The translations under genes and the position numbers were made by a program. Below are positions 53,812 through 62,692 of a DNA stretch of 64,000 nt, piece by piece. Position 1 is the stretch's first letter. Each line of letters starts with the position of its first letter. This DNA is from an uncultured virus (IMG/VR IMGVR_UViG_3300030524_000003) (Duplodnaviria > Heunggongvirae > Uroviricota > Caudoviricetes): the IMG/VR virus record IMGVR_UViG_3300030524_000003. One strand, 5' to 3'. The notes below the pieces were generated by a model. The model was not told where the DNA came from. It did no database searches and saw only the letters and a list, made by a program, of their open reading frames with translations.

Positions 53812-54492
53812 TTACACCGACGCCAGTTCTTCGGTCTCCACCTTTGCAGGCTCCGGCTTCATCCCGTACTTTGCCATGGTCTCAACCTTCTCTGTAACGC
53901 CCATCGTATCCCAGATTCTCCACGCAAAACCCTTCGGCTTCTTCAGTGTGGTGAGGTCGATGGATTTCGGATCTACAACGACTACGGCCTTGGAGTTCAT
54001 CTCCTCGATCGCGAGTTGAAGACCAGATTTTTCAACCAGTCCCGGCCCGGCCGTAATTGTGATCTCGCCGCCAAAGACCTCGCCAACGGTCGACTCAGGG
54101 GTGAATCCTTGCGACAGACCGATTACGTTAATTTCTACGCCGAGAATTTCCGGTTCCGCCGTGGCGCCGGCAGTGATCTCCTTGAAGAGCTTCTCCGCGT
54201 CGTCGTCATCCTCTTCGACCACGGCAACAGTCTCAACTACAGGTGCGTGCTCCTCGTCCCAATTGTCAGGCTTCCGAACGGAGAAGGTTCCGCTTCCGCC
54301 ACACTTGTCGCAGGTAGACTTCATATCGCCGGCCGCCGCTCCAGCTACCGGGACGGTTGTCTGGCCGGTGCCTGAGCATGCGAGGCATACTGCCACAAAA
54401 CCTCGGGAGAAACAGTTCTTGCAGCCCATGGGTACGTCTGGATTGGTGCAGTGGCATCTCGATACAACTCCGTGAAAATCGGTTAGTTTCAT
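53812..54492 (-). CDS. DnaJ-type CxxCxGxG zinc-finger protein with an acidic linker
   Basis: CKNCFSRG, CLACSGTG, CDKCGGSG. Confidence 0.65.
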   Translation of the reverse strand: MKLTDFHGVVSRCHCTNPDVPMGCKNCFSRGFVAVCLACSGTGQTTVPVAGAAAGDMKSTCDKCGGSGTFSVRKPDNWDEEHAPVVETVAVVEEDDDDAEKLFKEITAGATAEPEILGVEINVIGLSQGFTPESTVGEVFGGEITITAGPGLVEKSGLQLAIEEMNSKAVVVVDPKSIDLTTLKKPKGFAWRIWDTMGVTEKVETMAKYGMKPEPAKVETEELASV

Positions 54493-54497
54493 CCTCG

Positions 54498-55184
54498 TCA
54501 CCTTCGTTTGATTGGATTGACCTGCATGGGTGCCCCGGTAGCGCGAGACCAAATGTAAATATCGCGGCGGTCCTGAATCTGCGTCATGCGCGCCGCCTGG
54601 TCTAAAAACGATTGGAGCATTTTATTGCTCTCGCTGAATTCATTTCCAGCCTCCTTGAACCGTGCGTAGTGCGCGGCATACTCCTGAAGCGCCGAAAAGA
54701 ATTGGTCCTCAAACGGCACCGTCTGCGCTCCATCATAAGGCCAAGTCTCGGTCGAAGGGTACTGAATTCCAGTGAGGAGCACTGTTTGGCCCGTGTAGAC
54801 CGAGGGATGCACCACAAACATATTGAAGCCGAGCGGAGCCCAATGCTCGATGACATCGCCCATATCCTGCTCCCAGTCCGATCCCCATGAGTTTTGGAGA
54901 TAGTCGAGGTCTTCAAGCGTATACTTCCACGCCTCCGAAGCCGCACCTTGAACGTTGGTGATGCAGAGCATCCCTTTGGGGACGAGTTGCCACGGGGTAT
55001 TCGGCACGATCGAGAATGGCTGGCTGACGATCTGCGTTGGTCGTCCCACCAGAAGCATCAGTTCGTTGCATGCCTCGACCAGGCCGGGGTAAATTTCGGT
55101 CGCGAGCTTCCAGAATACGCCTGGCCCCACGGGCTCCTCTAAACGATTCTGAACGTCGGCCGCGAGTGAAGCGATGGTTGCCAT
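54498..55184 (-). CDS. Head-tail adaptor-like protein
   Basis: TIASLAADVQNRLEE...W...EI...L.EA; VPFEDQFFSALQEYAAHYARFKE. Confidence 0.65.
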   Translation of the reverse strand: MATIASLAADVQNRLEEPVGPGVFWKLATEIYPGLVEACNELMLLVGRPTQIVSQPFSIVPNTPWQLVPKGMLCITNVQGAASEAWKYTLEDLDYLQNSWGSDWEQDMGDVIEHWAPLGFNMFVVHPSVYTGQTVLLTGIQYPSTETWPYDGAQTVPFEDQFFSALQEYAAHYARFKEAGNEFSESNKMLQSFLDQAARMTQIQDRRDIYIWSRATGAPMQVNPIKRR

Positions 55185-55188
55185 AATT

Positions 55189-57312
55189 TTAGCGGGACGC
55201 CGCGCTACCTATCGTAACAGCCCTGCCTGATACGTTGAGAGGTGGCGATATGGTGACCGCATAACAATCTGAAGCGTTGAATGCAGTATTCGGCGTCGTG
55301 CCACTACCGTCTGGAGTTCCACTCATCGTGTTCAGATAGCAGTCCATCGCCGGGATGCTGTTGACCATGCCACCCAGCGCCATCGCTGAGGTTCCGCCTG
55401 CGCACTGGCTGTTATTGACCACCAAATAACCGTTATAGGTTCCGCTCGTACAGACCAGCAGGTTTCCACCGGTCACGTCGGGGCCGATCAACGGCCAAGG
55501 CTTTGCGGCTGGGATAAATGATGGTTTCGATGAGAATGCAAACGATGCAGGCATTGCGCTCTGACCTGCTCCGGTGTCACCCAGGGTCGGGACTGCACTC
55601 TGATAGGTTCCGATTGCTGTGGGAATCTCAGAGGTAGAGGAGCAGGTCGTAGACCAGCCGGTATCGGATGAGTTGCCGCACCATCTGACCGCGTTCGTCT
55701 TAGCATCCCAGTTGCCCCACCGTAGAAGGGTTGAGGCCACACTTGGAGCGGTCGTGTCGTTGGTTACGCCATCGCCCCAGCCGAGGTCGTATATTTCACC
55801 GGTGGTATTAGATGTAGTGTCGGTACCCTGATACACCGAAGCGAATCCCGGCTTCCCGATTACGTTGCCCACGATGCTCAGCGCACGGTTATAGCTTAGT
55901 GCAGCAAAAGCCCAGTTCCAGAAACCGTCATTATTCGCATTTGCCGAGCCAGCAGACCACCCATAAACCTGATTGCGGAAGTAGGTAGACATACCGCCAG
56001 AGCCGTGTACGTCGTCGGACTTGTAGCCGGGGGTTATATTGCCTTCCCAGAGAACGTCCATCACTCCGGGATTGTGGTTTGTAGTCGTTAGCCCTAGAGG
56101 CCCACCGGGTGTTGTATTCGGTGCGCCTGAAGGTGAATTGCACTGCGTCCCGTTCTGGCAGAACAGGTCGAGAATGTCGTAGTTGTAGGCCCTGACCGTT
56201 CCCGTATCCAGTTGGGTCATCTGTGGCGAGGAAACCTGCTGGTAGATGTTGTTGACGATCAGATTGTCCGAGGTCAGAAAGCTCTCATGCCCGTAACTTG
56301 AACTGAGCGCGTTCTTGGTGCCCCAAGCATAGTTGTTCATAATCGTGATGTGCGCAGCGTCGGCAAGCTGGATATGTGATCTTCCGGGTAGGTAAGTCGC
56401 TAGTCCAGTAGCCCAATCATTCGCGGAATTGAAGAATGAAATATTGAGCGAACTGGAATTTCCCGTATCCAGGCGGTCATCGATGGTCAGGTTTTCTATT
56501 CCGGCGTTCTGCACGGTAGATGAAGGCCACCACGCGCCCGGATTGTTACTGCTAGACCAGTTCTGTCCGTACAATCCGGGTGATATGGTGAAGGTCGATC
56601 CTGACGTACACGACGGGGAGCACGCGGTAATCTGCACCATCTGCGCAATACCGTGATCTACTCCGCTAACCACGCGGAACCCATTACCGGGCTGTATGGA
56701 GCACGTTGTAGGGTTCGTGTCACAAAAGAACATGTTGCCCGTAGGCGAGGCTACGTTGGCTTGGTCGAGGATGATATATTTGCCGACGCTGAGTCCGTTG
56801 CTGCCCACAGAGGTGAGGGTTATATTGGTAGTCCCCTGCGTGAATCCTGCCGTCCAAGTCGCTGCATTCGAGCCACCCGGTTGGACCGTAGACGCACCGG
56901 AAAACGTGTTCGAATCCGATGTAAAGCAGACAATGGCTGAACATGCACCACCCGAATACCCGCCCGCAGGGACGACCAAAAGGGTCTGGTTCGCGCCGGA
57001 GCCCCTTAGGGTCACATTTGACTTCAGATTGATCGACGCCGTGATGCTATAGGTTCCAGGATTCAGTAACACTACTTCATTCGATGCGCATCCAGTGATC
57101 GCTGAGTTGATGTTAGCGGCAGTCACCGACTGCGCAAAGCTTGGTGCTTGGCCAGCCGTTCCCAGGGTTGAGCAGATTGTGCTACGTGTAGGAATACCGC
57201 CAACTACACCGGCAGATGTCCAGTCTATAGTGCGGCTTGAATCAATGACTCCGGAGGTTAGTTGCGCTGCGCACGGAAGCGATAGGAGGAGGAAGCAGAT
57301 AAATTTTCTCAT
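55189..57312 (-). CDS. Secreted pectate-lyase-fold beta-helix protein
   Basis: Signal peptide MRKFICFLLLSLPCAA-Q; INSAI..C...VVLL.PGTY...INLKSNVTLRGSGA..T; AGIENLTID. Confidence 0.8.
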   Translation of the reverse strand: MRKFICFLLLSLPCAAQLTSGVIDSSRTIDWTSAGVVGGIPTRSTICSTLGTAGQAPSFAQSVTAANINSAITGCASNEVVLLNPGTYSITASINLKSNVTLRGSGANQTLLVVPAGGYSGGACSAIVCFTSDSNTFSGASTVQPGGSNAATWTAGFTQGTTNITLTSVGSNGLSVGKYIILDQANVASPTGNMFFCDTNPTTCSIQPGNGFRVVSGVDHGIAQMVQITACSPSCTSGSTFTISPGLYGQNWSSSNNPGAWWPSSTVQNAGIENLTIDDRLDTGNSSSLNISFFNSANDWATGLATYLPGRSHIQLADAAHITIMNNYAWGTKNALSSSYGHESFLTSDNLIVNNIYQQVSSPQMTQLDTGTVRAYNYDILDLFCQNGTQCNSPSGAPNTTPGGPLGLTTTNHNPGVMDVLWEGNITPGYKSDDVHGSGGMSTYFRNQVYGWSAGSANANNDGFWNWAFAALSYNRALSIVGNVIGKPGFASVYQGTDTTSNTTGEIYDLGWGDGVTNDTTAPSVASTLLRWGNWDAKTNAVRWCGNSSDTGWSTTCSSTSEIPTAIGTYQSAVPTLGDTGAGQSAMPASFAFSSKPSFIPAAKPWPLIGPDVTGGNLLVCTSGTYNGYLVVNNSQCAGGTSAMALGGMVNSIPAMDCYLNTMSGTPDGSGTTPNTAFNASDCYAVTISPPLNVSGRAVTIGSAASR

Positions 57313-59291
57313 GGCGTCACCGGGTATTCTGCTGCGCCCGACCACTGCACTGCTACACCGTCGATGCAGATCGTGTTTCCGGCATCGCCGTTATCACCAC
57401 CGAACCCAAAGGCGAAGTTGGTCGGTGATCCGGATTGCGCCGGGTTAGAGGCTTTCTGCTGGGTCGAAAGCAGGTTGCCGAGAGAGTCGTAAATCTCTTG
57501 TGTATGCGCCGAGGTTGATACGTTTCCGGTCGATAGCGATCCGCTGCCGAAGGAGTTGATGCCAGTCATGGTCAAATTTGTTCCCACGTTGGACGTCACG
57601 ATTCCGGTTATGCCGTTCGTCGTCCCGTTGAAGAAACTGACTACGGTATTGGCAGCTAGGCCTAGCGCGGTGGCAGTCGTGATCGTGCACGATCCCGTGA
57701 CCGCCGTGCAGGATGATGTGCCTGTGGTCGCAACATTATAGCCAACAAACTGCTCGTTGATGTAATACCAGGGGATGATGACCCAGCTTGTCGCCGTACC
57801 GCTGCCGTAAGCCTTATGCGAGTTGACTACTAGCGTCGTTCCGGTATCAGACGTGACTTGTGCCAGCATCGCCCCAGACGCTGTGCCAAGGTTGTTGCTG
57901 GTTGCAATCTCCACCCAAGTGCCAGCAGCGAGGCCTAATGATGTCGCAGTGGTAAAGGTCAGTGCCCCCGTCCCCACCGTGTTCGAAGTGGTCGAGGAGC
58001 CGGTCGTCCACTGGAAGGCCCCGTTGGGGATCGTTCCGCCCAGACTTGTAGCCGGGTTTGCGAAGTCATCATTCCCGTTCAGGTTCAGGTGGGTCTCGAC
58101 ATAGAGCGTCCCGTTGTGGTGCATCAACGAGGAAAAGTCACCGCCGTTATTAGGCCCGAACATCGAATAGAACGTTCCCGTTTCGCCAGCAGCGATGAAG
58201 GGCAGATCCCATGCCGCAATCAGCATTACATTAGGGTTGGCCGGGAGCGCCAGCGGCATCACGTATTTCATCTGCGCGGAGAGGTTGGCTGCTGCCGTGA
58301 TATTCGCCAGCCCTCTCGTGCCGGAGGAGTCGGTGTTCGAGGTTCCAGCAATATTCTTTCCTGTTATCTGTGGTGGCGATTGACATGCCGATAAAATCTC
58401 TTGTGTCCCCGGTGTAGTTGCTGGAACTGTAAAATTGCCCGATGCGCCATTCAACTGTCCCGCGCTCACCGCACTCGCTACCGCAATAGGCTGTGTGATT
58501 GCCGTACCACTAGTTGAAGTCTCGAAGTTGAAGAACAGATCGAAGGTATTTCCAACTGACGCAGGCAGAAATCCAACTTGGTTCACCGCCGCCACACCCC
58601 CCGTAGTCCACGACCATGTTCCGTTGATTGCCGCAGCGGTAGTCTGCACATCATAGGCAAGCCCGTAAGCGGTCGTGTTCGACACATTGAAGTGTGAATT
58701 AGTAATGGTATAGGGAGAGGAGACTGTCGGTCCTGCCGTGGCCGAACCATTCGCCCAACTAGTTACGATAAGGTTATTGGCGCTTACCGGAGTCATCGAA
58801 CCTGCTGCAAGGGTGCTGACACTTGTAGCCGCTCCAGCCTGCGTGAACTGGCCTATGGGAGCCGAGTGAGCCACCCCGGAGAAACAGGCAATGGCGCTCG
58901 ATGCAAAGGTAGTTCCAGTCCATGTAAAGGTCTCGGAAGCATTTGTGATTAGGTTTGGGGCGTAGTAGACGCGGTTGTTTTCGGTTCCTCCGCCGCAGGT
59001 CGTATCGCATTGCAGGTAGGGTCCATACCAGATGTTGCCCGCGAGATCGGCAACCGATCCGGCAGTTCCGTTCGAACCGAAGTCAGAGACCGTCCATATA
59101 CAGATATTTGCGCCAGTAGTGTTGACCGCGCTCGTAGTGCAGTTTCCTCCGCTCGACGTGTTGTTGCAGGAGGTATTCGCAATCAGGCCGATGCCGGTAA
59201 CCCCCTGCATATTCACAATGTAGGAGAGCATCTGCGCTCTCGCGGGGAGGCAGAGCGCCAGCAATATGATAAGAACTAGTGGTTTATCCAT
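57309..59291 (-). CDS. Secreted Thr/Gly-rich beta-sandwich fibre-like protein
   Basis: Signal peptide MDKPLVLIILLALCLPARA-Q; duplicated T.S.T...GS.T.TTAT.LGLAA.T module. Confidence 0.7.
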   Translation of the reverse strand: MDKPLVLIILLALCLPARAQMLSYIVNMQGVTGIGLIANTSCNNTSSGGNCTTSAVNTTGANICIWTVSDFGSNGTAGSVADLAGNIWYGPYLQCDTTCGGGTENNRVYYAPNLITNASETFTWTGTTFASSAIACFSGVAHSAPIGQFTQAGAATSVSTLAAGSMTPVSANNLIVTSWANGSATAGPTVSSPYTITNSHFNVSNTTAYGLAYDVQTTAAAINGTWSWTTGGVAAVNQVGFLPASVGNTFDLFFNFETSTSGTAITQPIAVASAVSAGQLNGASGNFTVPATTPGTQEILSACQSPPQITGKNIAGTSNTDSSGTRGLANITAAANLSAQMKYVMPLALPANPNVMLIAAWDLPFIAAGETGTFYSMFGPNNGGDFSSLMHHNGTLYVETHLNLNGNDDFANPATSLGGTIPNGAFQWTTGSSTTSNTVGTGALTFTTATSLGLAAGTWVEIATSNNLGTASGAMLAQVTSDTGTTLVVNSHKAYGSGTATSWVIIPWYYINEQFVGYNVATTGTSSCTAVTGSCTITTATALGLAANTVVSFFNGTTNGITGIVTSNVGTNLTMTGINSFGSGSLSTGNVSTSAHTQEIYDSLGNLLSTQQKASNPAQSGSPTNFAFGFGGDNGDAGNTICIDGVAVQWSGAAEYPVTP

Positions 59292-61432
59292 ACGCCAAAT
59301 CCCGCCCCAAATGCGCTGTAGTGAGTTGAGTCAAGACCTTCGATGCAAAGCGCATCACCTTTTGCACCGCCCGAAACCAGCGTTCCCGTCGTCACCGTTC
59401 CGTTAGTTCCCCCATAAGCGATAAAGACGCTGGTGGTTGACGTGATCGTTAGAACACCAGTCTGACCGGGATAATTTGTAAAGCAATACGTCTTTCCTAA
59501 AACGGGAGCATCGACGACCCAATTGAAAGCCCCCCCACTATTATTGACGTAAACGCCAGATACTCCCGTCAGCGTTAGCGGTGATCCGCTCGTCGATACT
59601 ATTGTCGGCGTAATGTTCGTGTAGGCTGTCGTCGCTAGTTTGGTTGAGTTGTCGCCAGCAGTCTGAGTGGTTGCGGTCACGCCGTTGGGTAGAGCTGGCG
59701 TTCCCGAAAGGTTGGCCGCAGTTCCAGAGATGCTGCCCGAAGGGATGACGTAATCCGTACCTGCCGTGGCCGCCGAGAGGCTTCCAGCGGCATCCTTTAG
59801 TAGTCCGGTCAAAGATGATGGTCCCTGAGTTGTCCCGAGATTGCCCGTCAGTCCAGAGAAGGCTGTAACCGGAGTGATCCACGAACATACGGACTGCGTG
59901 ACTCCATTGACCGTACCGGGAACCGCAAACGCCATCACCTGCCCCGCTGTCGGGCTGGCTGCACACATCTGCTGAAAGTAGGTTTGCGTGCCAGTAGTGG
60001 TGCCAATCCAGCCGTTGTACGCGGTCGGCAAAAGGGTAGTTGGAACCGTACCCGATCCCACGCCAAGAGCAAATGCTCCCTGCGTGCTGCCCGTCGACGC
60101 AAACCCGCCAGCCGAAGCGATACCGCCGGCACCACCGTAGGTCAGCGTGTTTGCTGTCGTCTGGCTGTCGTCGAGGTTGGCGTCCGAAGTTGGAGCTGCA
60201 CCAGCCCCACCACCAAGAAGAAGGTGCCCTGCCGCAAGTACGGCCGATGAGGTCAGCACGGTCGCGCTCGAGAAATATGGGATGCCGCCGGAGTTGGTCG
60301 TGCCAGCCACGGTCTGCGGGAAACTGATGGAGCCGCCAGTAATCGAGTTGCAGCCAAAACCGGTGCCCGTCGTCCAGATAAGGGCACTACTCCCAGCCGT
60401 CGAGCAGGACGGCATAGGCAGCGCAGATGGAGACCCGCTGGCGATCGCGCCTACAACCGTGTTAGCCGCCTGCGATGCTAGGCCGCTCAAGCTTAGGGCT
60501 GCACTGAGGCTGCCGGCGCTCCCTGACGTGTTCGCAGCGTTGTTCGGGATGTCGGATGAGACAAGAGCACGGAAGCTATAAGCCCCCGTCCCGCCAGTGG
60601 CAGGCCCCGCAAGCACCGAATTTTGAACCGCGGTCGAAGCCGTGAATGCCAAGGCCGGCGCGGTCGTCGGATTGGCCCCCAGAGCTGCCGTGAAGAGTGG
60701 GGATAGGTTACCAGTGGTGAAACTCGTTAGGCCGCCCGTGACCGTCGATAGCGCCCATGCTGTACCCGTCCAGTTCAAGTAGCCGGTCGTTAGAGACGGC
60801 AAAAGGTGATTGATTAGTCCAACGACCTCGGTCGCCCCACCGGTCGAGCCGCTGATCGCGTCTCCGGACAACTGGTTGAAGGTTCCGGTTCCACCGCAAG
60901 ATCCCCACGCAGTCGTAAAGCATCGGAAGGTGTTGTCAGTGACCCGGAAGTACTGGCTCCCGCCTACGCCTGGGACTTCAGTGTCGTTGTACGCGCCAGC
61001 CAAACTGTTGACAGCGATGCGCGGCGCCACGATGACTGCGTTGATTTGGGTTGTGATGCTCTGAGACGCCCCTGTCACCGCCAGGGGAGTCGTTGAGTAG
61101 CAGGGCGTGTTCGCCATCTGAGGACAGACTTTGAGGGACCAGCCGCTTGCCGGAGGGTTCGTCGCTGGAGTCGTTCCGGTGGTCGACGTCACCACTTGCG
61201 AAAACGACCCGGTTCCATCGAGGGTGCCGGAGAAGGTGAGCGTAAATGCCTGGCCCGCGACTACGGGGACACCGCCAGCCGGGTTGTAGACAAAGGTGAG
61301 CACGTAAGTGCCGTTCGCCCACGCCTGACTATCGGAGTCGGTTACGGTAGCAGAGAGAGTCGTTGTCGCCGCGAAGACTGCAGGGGTAATCGCTAGGATT
61401 ATGAACCAAAACAGTTTTCGAAGCGCCTTCAT
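59276..61432 (-). CDS. Tail fibre protein with a Sec signal peptide
   Basis: MKALRKLFWFIILAITPAVFA-A; NSVLAGP..G....FRALV..DIP and TATTQTAGDNSTKLATTAY fibre motifs. Confidence 0.75.
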   Translation of the reverse strand: MKALRKLFWFIILAITPAVFAATTTLSATVTDSDSQAWANGTYVLTFVYNPAGGVPVVAGQAFTLTFSGTLDGTGSFSQVVTSTTGTTPATNPPASGWSLKVCPQMANTPCYSTTPLAVTGASQSITTQINAVIVAPRIAVNSLAGAYNDTEVPGVGGSQYFRVTDNTFRCFTTAWGSCGGTGTFNQLSGDAISGSTGGATEVVGLINHLLPSLTTGYLNWTGTAWALSTVTGGLTSFTTGNLSPLFTAALGANPTTAPALAFTASTAVQNSVLAGPATGGTGAYSFRALVSSDIPNNAANTSGSAGSLSAALSLSGLASQAANTVVGAIASGSPSALPMPSCSTAGSSALIWTTGTGFGCNSITGGSISFPQTVAGTTNSGGIPYFSSATVLTSSAVLAAGHLLLGGGAGAAPTSDANLDDSQTTANTLTYGGAGGIASAGGFASTGSTQGAFALGVGSGTVPTTLLPTAYNGWIGTTTGTQTYFQQMCAASPTAGQVMAFAVPGTVNGVTQSVCSWITPVTAFSGLTGNLGTTQGPSSLTGLLKDAAGSLSAATAGTDYVIPSGSISGTAANLSGTPALPNGVTATTQTAGDNSTKLATTAYTNITPTIVSTSGSPLTLTGVSGVYVNNSGGAFNWVVDAPVLGKTYCFTNYPGQTGVLTITSTTSVFIAYGGTNGTVTTGTLVSGGAKGDALCIEGLDSTHYSAFGAGFGVWINH

Positions 61433-61442
61433 TTGAATCACC

Positions 61443-62006
61443 TCAAGCTTGCATGAACCCTGCTACAAACGTATCTCCACTGGTGCCGTCAATCCAGAAC
61501 TCGCTCGTCTTGAGCGTGTCCGCCAAGTCAGTTGCCGAGAGGTACGGGTTTGCTCCTGTCGGAAGGTTGACTACCCAGAAAACGGACGAGTCGCCAACTG
61601 CGACCGTAGAGGCGTTGCCCAGATACATCGGGCTGGTCGACGTCACTGGCTCTACCCAAACCTTCATCGCGTCTTCGTTGACCACAACATACTCGCCGCT
61701 GGCGTGATTCTTTAGTAGGCCGGATACTGTGATCGACGGGGTTACCGTATTGATCGAAGCGATGATGCCGAGGTCAAGCGCGCCGCCGGGAACAAAGGCC
61801 GCCTTTAACCCAACAAGCACATGATCGCCCGTCTTCATGCCGACGATCGACACCACCGGCAGAACGGTCTGCGACGGGTTGCTGCCTGGATTCGTATTTT
61901 GAGAGTATGGGTCGAGTGTCTGCACCCCAGCCCCGTTCATGGTGGTGCCGAAGACTGGTTGCGACGCTGCCCCAAGTGCCTGAATTCCCCTATATGGACG
62001 AATCAT
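61443..62006 (-). CDS. Putative virion structural protein
   Basis: 187-aa beta-rich ORF in the structural operon. Confidence 0.6.
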   Translation of the reverse strand: MIRPYRGIQALGAASQPVFGTTMNGAGVQTLDPYSQNTNPGSNPSQTVLPVVSIVGMKTGDHVLVGLKAAFVPGGALDLGIIASINTVTPSITVSGLLKNHASGEYVVVNEDAMKVWVEPVTSTSPMYLGNASTVAVGDSSVFWVVNLPTGANPYLSATDLADTLKTSEFWIDGTSGDTFVAGFMQA

Positions 62007-62350
62007 TAGTCATCACCTCTCCGGCGGGTAATCGGGTTGCGACCGTAGCTCATAGGAGCGCAGCAGTCGCCGAGGTCGGATTGGCGCTCACCCTCTTTCC
62101 GATTTTCGAACGAGCCTACAGCGCGGATATCCCCCACCGAAGCTCGCACGTTGTCCATAATCGAGGCAGTCTCGACGCGCTTCACGTACTTTCCCATCTT
62201 CATCGGATTCTCGCTCGGGACGTAGTCGACGCAATCCTTTGTCCGCAGACGGCTGCGATCAACGAAGAAGTTATCCGTCGCGGAGTGCGTGTTCACCGGA
62301 ATCTCAACGCCGTTACCTGCATCCAACTTGCGAAATGGCTGATATGCCAT
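62006..62350 (-). CDS. Hypothetical protein
   Basis: GGAGG RBS; coupled to the downstream gene. Confidence 0.6.
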   Translation of the reverse strand: MAYQPFRKLDAGNGVEIPVNTHSATDNFFVDRSRLRTKDCVDYVPSENPMKMGKYVKRVETASIMDNVRASVGDIRAVGSFENRKEGERQSDLGDCCAPMSYGRNPITRRRGDD

Positions 62351-62352
62351 GG

Positions 62353-62691
62353 CTACCTCCCGTTGTAGTGAAACTTTCTTCGGTACGTCTCCTTGATCCC
62401 CTGTTTTCTCGCCTGGGGCGGAGCATTGAAATTCTTCGCGTCCATGTTGCGGACAACACTCGCAAAGTTATAACGCTGCTCCGCCTCGCCGAGCTGACGC
62501 GCACTCGTGACTCGGATGGGTTTCCCGTGCTCGTCGTGTACATGCTGAATCGTCAGGTCGGCATAGGGGTTGGTGCAGGTAGCTTCCACCTTCTCGCGGA
62601 CGCACCTGCAGTCTACGCCTAGAAAACGACCCGCCGTAAAGCGAACTCGAAAAACGATCTCCCCGCACTCATCACACGTCAACGCGCCCAT
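62353..62691 (-). CDS. Zn-ribbon-like hypothetical protein
   Basis: CDEC...CRC; I.VTS.RQL.E.E motif seen in phage head-module proteins. Confidence 0.55.
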   Translation of the reverse strand: MGALTCDECGEIVFRVRFTAGRFLGVDCRCVREKVEATCTNPYADLTIQHVHDEHGKPIRVTSARQLGEAEQRYNFASVVRNMDAKNFNAPPQARKQGIKETYRRKFHYNGR

Positions 62692-62692
62692 A

